Origin: a virus
Taxonomy: Duplodnaviria > Caudoviricetes
Length of the DNA stretch: 25,148 nucleotides
IMG/VR virus record: IMGVR_UViG_3300032245_000717
Span: 1-25,148 of that record
Reading direction: 5' to 3' (one strand)
Shown here: positions 16,239-25,100 of the stretch, piece after piece
How the letters are laid out: every line of letters begins with the position of its first letter
Position numbering within the stretch: position 1 is the stretch's first letter
Position numbers and translations under genes: made by a program
Notes under the pieces: model-generated
Told to the model about the DNA's origin: nothing
What the model saw: the letters and a program-made list of their open reading frames with translations, nothing else
Databases searched by the model: none

Positions 16239-17016
16239 CGTAGCGTTAATTCAAACTGCCAGCGGACTTGAAAGATTAATGGCTGGATCAGCCCCAGGAA
16301 TTCTTAGGGATAGCACAGTAGCACAAGTTTCTGCATTTTTATATTATGAGGCAGCAGTCCTTTCTAAGCTAACAACAAATTCTGAGTTTAAGAATTTATT
16401 TAAAACAACAATATTTAATCAAATAGAAAAAGACTTTGGCGACTATATTGATTCACAAGCAAGAGTAAAGCCAAGATCTTTACATCATATATATGAATGG
16501 AATAAGGTTGGAGTTCCAACATCAAGACTATTTAAGCTATCAAGATTTGATATGGACGGCCTTTCTTTTAAAATTAATTATGACTTTAAATTATCTAAAT
16601 CCTCAGTCCCATCTAAAAATAAAAAACAAAAGAAAAAATATATATTTGCAAATAAAGCCTTTGTGATGGAAACTGGAATGCCCATAGTAATCCGTCCAAG
16701 GTCCGCTGAGCGCTTAGTATTTGAGCTAGATGGTGAAACTGTCTTCATGCCCAAAGGTACGTCAGTGACCGTTAAGAGGCCTGGTGGAGCACAGGCCACA
16801 AATCAATTCTCATTATCATATGGAAGATTTTTTGGTGGGCAGTTGGTAAACTCATCAATAAAATCATCTGGACTACAAAGAATATTTAATTCAAAAATGA
16901 CAAAAGCACTAAATCTTCCAATGAATATAAAGAAGGTGCAATATAGCTTCAGCCCTGGTAAAATAAGAACACAGGCGGACGCATCACTACAGGCAGCATT
17001 TGGAGGCTCACTATGA
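16228..17016 (+). CDS. Neck/tail-completion protein (putative)
   Basis: Basic protein lying between the stopper and tail terminator genes. The start is probably TTG 16228 (after GGAG/CAGGA) rather than 16174. Confidence 0.5.
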   Translation: MDSSVALIQTASGLERLMAGSAPGILRDSTVAQVSAFLYYEAAVLSKLTTNSEFKNLFKTTIFNQIEKDFGDYIDSQARVKPRSLHHIYEWNKVGVPTSRLFKLSRFDMDGLSFKINYDFKLSKSSVPSKNKKQKKKYIFANKAFVMETGMPIVIRPRSAERLVFELDGETVFMPKGTSVTVKRPGGAQATNQFSLSYGRFFGGQLVNSSIKSSGLQRIFNSKMTKALNLPMNIKKVQYSFSPGKIRTQADASLQAAFGGSL

Positions 17017-17522
17017 CGGTAGATTATAAAATAGACGCAATGTTCGAGCTTCGTAAATTTTTGTGGAAAGAGTTAAAAGATGCGGGAATATTTGATCCCT
17101 ATAATTACTATTCAGATAATCTCGGAAAAGAGATAATCCCAATCATCCCAGTACAGCAGTCACCAGAAATGGATCAATTCCTAAATGGTAAAAAGCATAT
17201 TGTGTACGATAAGATTGGAATGTCATTTGAAGACATCTGGCTAATAGCCTGCGAGAAGGTCCTATTTACAATTTACTCAACAGACATCACAGAGGTCTAC
17301 GAAATAAGAAACCTCATGATGGATCTATTCCGCAGAATGGATGAGTCAGCCAGAGATGCAAATGCAGTCAGGGACACAAATAAACTAATATTCCACAGTA
17401 TCCATGTGGTCGAGACATCACCCATAGAGCCTTCAGCAGAACTTCAGGGTTTTATATCCACAGATGTTATCCTAGAGGTCAAGTATTCAAGGACGACCGA
17501 TTCCAAGGGCAGATTCAACTAG
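17013..17522 (+). CDS. Tail terminator-like protein (putative)
   Basis: 169 aa, directly before the tail tube gene, with an ATGA overlap. Assignment is by synteny. Confidence 0.55.
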   Translation: MTVDYKIDAMFELRKFLWKELKDAGIFDPYNYYSDNLGKEIIPIIPVQQSPEMDQFLNGKKHIVYDKIGMSFEDIWLIACEKVLFTIYSTDITEVYEIRNLMMDLFRRMDESARDANAVRDTNKLIFHSIHVVETSPIEPSAELQGFISTDVILEVKYSRTTDSKGRFN

Positions 17523-17551
17523 TTGCTTTTAGTCTAGTTATCCAGTAAAAT
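17523..17551 (+). promoter_or_regulatory. SigA-like promoter for the tail tube gene
   Basis: TTGCTT (17523-17528), 17 bp spacer, TAAAAT (17546-17551). AGGAGG SD at 17632-17637. Confidence 0.6.
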
Positions 17552-17645
17552 TAGCTAAGAGGAAAAAGAGAGCCTAGCCAGCTTTGATTAGATTTAAAAT
17601 GTAAGTCAATATATATATATGTTTATTTAACAGGAGGTTTTACAC

Positions 17646-18407
17646 ATGGCAACACAGATTGCAGGTAATGCAAGAAATATTCTTGTTGGTGCGTCTCCAC
17701 TGTTTCTTTCAGTAACAGATATCACCGACTCAGATTATGTAGCAAACGCAGAAGCAGGTGTCGCAAAGGCATTCGTAGCTTCAAAGAACAAAGCTGTACC
17801 AGCTTTTGCTTCTGGTCTATCTTACACAGATTCATTAAATGATGTTTCAACAGAAACAGCACTTACAGATGGAACAGCACGTTCAGGTAGCACACCATCA
17901 ACATCAAAGGGTGCATTTTATCGTAACGTAGGTTACACAAACAACGGTCTTCAGGTTACATACAACCCATCATACGGTTCAGTAACAGTAGATCAGCTTC
18001 TTGATACAGCAAAGCTTTTCAAGGAGTCAATGGAAGTTATGATCGCAACAGAAATGGCAGAAGGTACTCTTGAGAACGTTCTTGCTGTATTTGGTCAGTC
18101 AGCATCAACATTAACTTCATCAGGAACAGGCCTAACAGCAACCGATAAGCTCGGACTTGCTGGTGGTGCACTTGGTGAGGCTCCAACAGAGCGTCAACTA
18201 ATTGCAGTAGGTCAGGCTCCAACATCTGAAGCAACAAAGACAGAGCGTGTATATTATGCACGTCGTGTTCTTTCTGTACAACAGTCACAGTTCTCTTTGG
18301 CTCGTAACGCAGCATCAACATTCCCAGTAACTTTCCGTTTGCTTCCAGACGGTGCATATGCTGGTCAGGAATATGGTTTCATCGTAGACCGTGTTCTAGC
18401 AATATAA
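17646..18407 (+). CDS. Major tail (tube) protein
   Basis: RNILVGASPLF, NVGYTNNGLQVTYNP...VDQLLD, TEMAEGTLEN and FPVTFRLLPD. Strong SD, own terminator, upstream of the chaperone and tape measure genes. Confidence 0.82.
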   Translation: MATQIAGNARNILVGASPLFLSVTDITDSDYVANAEAGVAKAFVASKNKAVPAFASGLSYTDSLNDVSTETALTDGTARSGSTPSTSKGAFYRNVGYTNNGLQVTYNPSYGSVTVDQLLDTAKLFKESMEVMIATEMAEGTLENVLAVFGQSASTLTSSGTGLTATDKLGLAGGALGEAPTERQLIAVGQAPTSEATKTERVYYARRVLSVQQSQFSLARNAASTFPVTFRLLPDGAYAGQEYGFIVDRVLAI

Positions 18408-18422
18408 TTAATATAATTAATT

Positions 18423-18460
18423 AATAGATTGCCCCCTAAGAAATTAGGGGGTTTTCTATT
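18423..18460 (+). terminator. Rho-independent terminator after the tail tube gene
   Basis: aatagattGCCCCCTAA-gaaa-TTAGGGGGTtttctatt hairpin. Confidence 0.8.
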
Positions 18461-18487
18461 GCTATGATATTTCCGATATGATACAAT
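18459..18487 (+). promoter_or_regulatory. SigA-like promoter for the chaperone and tape measure genes
   Basis: TTGCTA (18459-18464), 17 bp spacer, TACAAT (18482-18487) with an extended TG. AGGAGG precedes TTG 18517. Confidence 0.6.
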
Positions 18488-18516
18488 AATTAAGACGAAA
18501 TCCTAGGAGGATTAAA

Positions 18517-18849
18517 TTGGCAACTACAGTATATGATGTTGAAGAAATTCAACTACAAAATGGCGCAACAGTTAAACTCAAGCCTTTAACAATTAAAGAG
18601 CTTCGTGAGTTTATGAAAGTCATTCAGAGAACACAAGAAGTAACATCAGAAGATGAGACATTAACAATTCTTATTGAGGCATGCGGAGTGGCACTACAAA
18701 AGCAACTCCCAGACCTAGTAGCAGATAAAGACGCATTTGAAGACACACTTGACGTTCCAACTATCAATCGCATTCTAGAAGTTTGCGGCGGAATTAAGAT
18801 GGACGACCCAAACCTACTAGCGGCAGCAGTACTGGCTGGTCAGAACTAG
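18517..18849 (+). CDS. Tail assembly chaperone (gpG-like)
   Basis: 110-aa acidic protein between the tube and tape measure genes, with VKLKPLTIKELREF. AGGAGG plus TTG start. Confidence 0.8.
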   Translation: MATTVYDVEEIQLQNGATVKLKPLTIKELREFMKVIQRTQEVTSEDETLTILIEACGVALQKQLPDLVADKDAFEDTLDVPTINRILEVCGGIKMDDPNLLAAAVLAGQN

Positions 18850-19181
18850 ATCTAGCCGCTTTAGAAGGGGAAGTTTTTCTTCTTGGTAATTGGATAAATT
18901 ACGAACAATTAGAAGATAATCTTTCAATGCCAGAGTTAATCCAGACTTTTAAATCAATGCAAAAGACTGAATCGGAGAAAAGAAGATTCTTAGCTTCAAT
19001 TCAGGGAGTAGATTTAAATGAAAGCAGTAATGAAAATGAGGAGGGTTCCTCCTTCGAAGATGTTAGAAGAAGAGCGCTTGGTATAAATGCAGCAGCAGAT
19101 GATGTTGTTTCATTACAAGGATCTTTTGCCAGCGAAGCTGGTTTTGGCATCGGAGCAGGATTAGGATACCGAATAGAGTAA
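18517..19181 (+). CDS. Frameshift-extended tail assembly chaperone (gpGT-like, about 221 aa); includes the track ORF 18927-19181
   Basis: ...KMDDPN joins PTSGSSTGWSELDLAALEGEVFLLGNWINYEQLEDNLSMPELIQ... in the -1 frame. Confidence 0.72.
18807..18813 (+). other. -1 programmed ribosomal frameshift slippery heptamer C CCA AAC
   Basis: XXXYYYZ heptamer in the correct phase. The -1 frame is open from 18798 to the stop at 19179-19181. Confidence 0.75.
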
Positions 19182-19190
19182 TATAAGTAT

Positions 19191-22100
19191 ATGGCAGATA
19201 ATTTAATCACGACCAATATTACCGCCCACGCAGACTTCACGAGTTTAAGAACTCAACTAGCTGCGGTTACTGCCCAACTCGTAAAATTACAAGAAACAAC
19301 AGCGGGAACTAACGCCAAGCTTGCAAATCAAATTGCAGTGATGAACAAGTCGTTTGCAGAAACGATGCGTTCAACTGGACAGTTCTCTTCACACTTTGTA
19401 TCACTATCTTCAGACGTAGACAAGTTCGGCAAGAACTTAGATAGAGGCCGCTTAAAGCTCAACGATTATTATAATGCTTGGAACGGCCATACAAAGAAAA
19501 CTAGCACATTAATTAAAGACCTAGCAAAACAGCAAGTAATGCTTGAGCAGGCAATTATTCAGCCGATAGGCAAAAATGCACAAGGTCTAATGCAGTATAA
19601 CGTAATGGTTGCAAAAGGGCTTGATGAAGTAAAGAACAAGATGAACCTTGCTCGACAAGAAGCAGCAATTATGAACAAGGTTATGCTTGACGGATCAAAT
19701 CAACTTATTAACTGGGGTAAAAATACACAGTGGGCAGGACGCCAGCTAACTGTTGGCTTGACAGTTCCTCTTGTTGCATTTGGCGCAGCAGCACAAAAAG
19801 CATTTAGAGAAGCAGACGCAGAACTAGTAAGACTTACAAAAGTTTACGGAGGGCTTGCAGCCACATCTGCAGCAGACTTAGCTCAAGTTAGAAAAGATGT
19901 AAGCGCAACAGCAAAAGAAATTGCTGGTGCCTATGGAGTAGCGTACAAAGATACAATTTCATTAGCAGCAGATCTTGCAGCAACTGGAAAGCAGGGCAAT
20001 GATTTACTTCAAGCAACACAACAAACTACAAGATTAGCAGTGCTTGGAGAAGTTGATAGACAAGATGCAATGAAAGCAACTCTTGCTATTCAAAATGCAT
20101 TTAAGCAAAATACAGATGAGCTAACACAATCAATTGACTTCCTTAACGCAGTTGAAAACCAGACATCAACAAGCCTTGCAGATTTAACTGAAGCTATTCC
20201 AAAGGCTGGTCCAGTAATTAAAGCATTAGGCGGAGATGTAAAAGACTTAGCTTTGTACCTCACAGCAATGAAAGAAGGTGGTGTTAATGCTGCAGAAGGC
20301 GCAAATGCAATTAAGTCAGCAATGGCATCACTTATTAATCCGACTAAAGTAGCAACAGAACAATTTGCTTCATTTGGAATTGATTTAAAGGGTATAGTAA
20401 ATACAAATGCTGGAGATTTAACTGGCACAATAATGGCCTTACAGTCTGCGCTTGATCAATTAAATCCATTAGATAAATCAAGAGCCATTGAACAATTATT
20501 TGGAAAATTCCAGTTTGCAAGAATGTCTGCTCTATTTGAAAATCTTGGAAAGCAAGGATCACAGACTCTTCAGGTAATGGATCTTATGAAGGCAAGCGCA
20601 TCTGACCTTGCAAACATATCATCACGAGAATTAACAATGATGACAGAATCCGCTTCTGGACAATTTAAAAGAGCATGGGCCTCAGTACAGGCAGATCTAG
20701 CACAAACTGGAGAGCAGTTCTTAAAGATAAGCACAAAGGTATTAAAGGTAGTAGACTCAATAATTAAATTCTTCCAGCACTTGCCAGGACCAGTTAAAAC
20801 ATTCTTAAATGCATTGGGTGGAATTACAGCAATTGCTGGTCCTCTCATCATGATGGCTGGTGTAATGGGTAACTTTATTGGGTATGTTGTAAAAGGTATA
20901 TTCCATTTAAGACAACTTGCCAAGGGTGGTCAAGGATTTAAGTTACTCACACCAGAAATTATGGCTGCAGAAGCAGCTGCAAAGGGATTAGCAACATCAT
21001 TCTATTCTGATTCAGAAGCAACAATTGTTTTATCAAATGCAGTAAATACATTAACAGAATCATTTAACAACCTTGAGCTAAAAGCAAATGCAGCAAAAGT
21101 TGCAGTGCAGCCAGCGATATCTACAGTTGCAGGCGGAGTAATTTCTGCAGGCGGAGCAGGACAAAGAGTTGTAGATAAAAATAATCCATTAATTGGCGCA
21201 CCATATTCAAGAGATATGTCTCACCTTATACCTTCACAAAGCCCACAGATGGGAACAATATTTGGAACGGTTCCTGGAGCAGGCCCAGTAAATGTAAGAA
21301 TTGGAAAGAATCCGCAAGCATATATGAATCAAGATATGCCAAAGATTCCAGGAGTTACATCTGTTAATGGAACTTCAACTGGCATAGTTGCACAAGAGGC
21401 AGCAAAATGGCATGCGATGACAGCAGCAATTGCTATGCAGTCAGAAACAGAAATTAAAGCATTAAAGACTGAAGTGATGGCAACTGGAACAATTACATCA
21501 AGTTTGGCAGAATCGTATCAAGCACTTCTTCCACAATTTTCTGAGATTACTCAGCTAGCTGCAGCCGAAACACAAGCAATTGTTGCAGAGCTTCAAGCAA
21601 GCAAGATAACAGTAGATCAGGCTAGGGCAAAAGTTATTCAAATGAATGCAACAGTAGAGGCAATGCTTGCCGAAACTGCAGCAGCAACTGCAGCTGGTAT
21701 GGGAAGAGTTGCAAATCTAACTACAGTCCCACTGACATCGCAGCCAGTAGTAGACCCAATAACAGGCAAGTCTAATATGAAGGAAATGTTCCATAAAGGA
21801 ACAACAAAAGATATTGTTGATAAGATTGCAAGAGCACTTGGTGGAGTTAGAACATCAGGCGCAGGATATAATATTCAAACAACAAAACCTAAGTTTGCAG
21901 ATGGAGGAATAGTCCCTGGAACAGGAAATAGCGATACATACCATACAACAGCTGAGGCTGGATCATTTGTAATTAATAAAAAATCAACACAAGAAAATAT
22001 GCCAATCATAAGCAATCTTCTTGGCGGAACCCCAGCATTTGCAGATGGAGGTCAAGTACCAGTAGTTCTAACACCTGGCGAAGCAGTCATTCCAGCAGAT

Positions 22101-25100
22101 ATTGCACAGGACAATATGCCACTAATGCATGCATTAAATGGTGGGCCTGGAAATACATCTGGCCTTGGAAGAAATCTTGGAGGAGGACTTTCAGAAAACT
22201 TATTTACTGGATTAAAGGGCTGGCTAACAAGAAATTCAGATCCTAGCTATGACGCATCTTTAAAAAATAGAGTCATATTACACGATGCAGCAGTATTAAA
22301 TCATTTAGGATTTAGTGAAGACGAAGCAGTCTCTATGGCAAAAAGAGATTTTGAAGAAGCTATGCAAAGAACTAAAGATCCAAAAACTGGTCGGGTAGAT
22401 AGAAAAGCTTTTAATAGATTTAGAATAGAGCAGTCCAGACGCATGCAAGAGTATATTGACATGCAGGGAATGGGACGAACAGTAGTAAATAAAGATGGTT
22501 CAACCTCAAAAGCAAAATATAAAGATTTATTATGGCAAGATAAACCAGAAGAGCTAAAGCCTGGAGGAAGACCGTCAGCCAATGCAAGAATTCAACCTTC
22601 TAGAAGCTTGGTTGCTGCGCTCATGGCTAGAGCAGATATTGATCAGGTTTCTTTACAAAGAGTAATGAATACATTTACATCAAATGGAAAACTAGACTAT
22701 GCGTCAGAGCATTTAGATCAGGATAGAAATTTTTTTACTGAAGAAAACGGAAATGTAAAGAGTAATAGAACAAGAGGCAACGCATACTTAGCTATGGCTG
22801 GAAGCAGCAAAGTTAATAACTTTACAAACTGGCTGGCTTCTATGACACAAGGTAAATTTGTAGACAGAGTTCCTTTAACTGGAAATGCCGCAAGAGAGAC
22901 CGCAGACCTACTAGCCAAAGAGCTTAAGTACGGAAATGCACAAAACCTTATTAAGAGAATGCCTGTAATTCAAAGAGGTCATATGATTACTCAGATGATG
23001 AGACTTCTTCTTACAATAGGTAGAGCACTTCCATTAACAAGAGAAATTGCTGCAAATTCAGGTGGACAAATCCCTGGAAAATTTGCACAAAGACTATTTG
23101 GCGGAGGAAGAGCAATGTTCCTTGGTATGCCTAAAACAATTAAGCAGGTAGAACAACAAAGAGCAATGAAATTAGCAATGGAAAAAGCAGACATTGCAGT
23201 TAAAGATTCTAGATTTGCAAAGCACCCAGTAACAGAGTATGGCGATTTATTAGAGCCTACATCTGGAAGAAGTTTCCCAGTGCCTGGAATTGGCGGAGTA
23301 TATACAATAAATGGCGAAAAGGTTTTTGTTAAACCAATGCTTGATGAAAAGGCTGCGCTTGCAGAAATGAGAGCAACGCAAATTGCTCGTGAAGCGCATG
23401 GCTTAAAAGCTCCAAAACAAAGTATTAATGTAATGCGTGATCCAACAGACCCAAAGGGATTAAGAAAACTACTTGTGCTCGAATCTCCATTCGATAAGGC
23501 TCTCACAGTTCAAGATGGTAAATTTACTACTGATGAATACTTTAGACAACTTCTTGCATCATCTCTTCGTGGAGATAAAGATTTAGGCAGAGGAAACTTA
23601 TCTGGAAATGTATTATCAGATGTAGGAACTGCTGGAGTGTTTTCAACCGCATCTGGTCTAAGAGACTATTCTGGATTCATGCCTTCAGTTGGAGATCAAG
23701 CAATGATTAACCTACTTGGAATTAAGGGAAGCGGAGCAAAGAAGTTTTTTGCTGAATCAACAATGAACATTCCAAAGGGTATGACACCAGATGCTTATAA
23801 TTCAAGAATGCTTGAAGAGATTGAAGCAACTCTACCAAGACTTAAACAAACTATTGGTAGCTTTGATCTCAATCAGCAAGAAAAAGTTATTTATGCAAAA
23901 ATGATTAAAAGACTTGAAGACGCAAGAGATGTAAAGTGGAGAGAACTTCATGGAGTGCACTCTGCAGTAGTTCCTTCAAAAGAAACAAACCTAACGCCAG
24001 CAGCACTTGCTAAAATTGCGGCAGCTGAAGAATTAAAGAGAAGACAGTCTGGGCATATAGTTAGCCTCTCAGATGCTGGATTTAAATCATCTGCAAATGG
24101 ATTTGCAATTGGTGGAATGATTGGCAATGTATTAAAGGGTAAAGCAATGCATAGAATTGGCGCAGGGTTTGGACCAACTGGTGCACCAAAGCCAAGTATG
24201 TATGAGTCAGCTCCGTGGGGTGTAAATTCATTATCTATTGAAATGGCCAATACTTTATTTGCAAATACTGGATTAAGAAAGCACACTCAAAAATTATTCT
24301 ATGATAAGTTTGCTGCGGCACTTGCAAAAGAAAAGCCTTATGGTTATGTTAAGGATGCAAAAGGATCTTTAAAAAATGCACTTGAGCCAGATGTTTTAGA
24401 CTCCGTAGTAAGATCAGCTGCATCAGATTTGATTGGAGACAGGTCTGTATTAAAACAACTATCTCCAATAGATAAAGATATTTTAAGACAAAAGTACTTA
24501 AATTGGGAATCTAAAAAAGATACCCCACTTACAGAATCTTTAAAGAAGATTATATTTGGTTTAGAGGGAAGAGAAAAAGGTGGCCCAGTTAATGGAGGCC
24601 AAGCATATGTTGTTGGAGAAAAAGGACCTGAACTTTTTGTTCCTAGAGTTTCTGGCGGCATAGTTCCAAATAATAAATATGGAATTGGTGGACAGATTGC
24701 TGGCGGCATGGCAGTTGCAGCAGGAGCACAATTTATTGCTAGCAAGGTTGCAAACCCAATCATATCTATGATAATCCAGCAAGTTGGATTTATGCTGCCT
24801 ATGATGATGCAGTCTGCTGCAATGATGCAAGGAGGCGGAGGCAAGGGTAAGATCATGTCAAAAATACCTGCATCAATGAAAAGCCCAGTTGGAGTATTTT
24901 CAGAAAAAAGTGGGGGACTTACTAAGTACGGCCTAGCCCTAGATAAACTAAATACTAGCGGGAAGTTTCTCCCAGGAATACTTGGAAAAATTGGAATGGC
25001 TATGACAAGATTCAATTTAATAGCCACTGCTGGATTTTTAATAATAACAGGTGGACTTAAGCTATGGAAAATGCATCAAGAAAGCATGAGATTAAATGCA

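Noticed and set aside
18927-19181. Independent 84-aa gene
   Set aside because: It has no clear SD, the frame is open from 18798, and it is explained as the -1 frameshift extension of the chaperone.
21204-21233. YSRDMSHLIP in the TMP, resembling the DRGHLIP motif of non-specific endonucleases
   Set aside because: It is a single short motif with no convincing downstream catalytic residues, too weak to call without a profile search.
20090-25027. Minus-strand ORFs across the right end (for example 22991-23506 and 24344-25027)
   Set aside because: They are antisense to the long tape measure ORF and have no recognisable motifs or expression signals.
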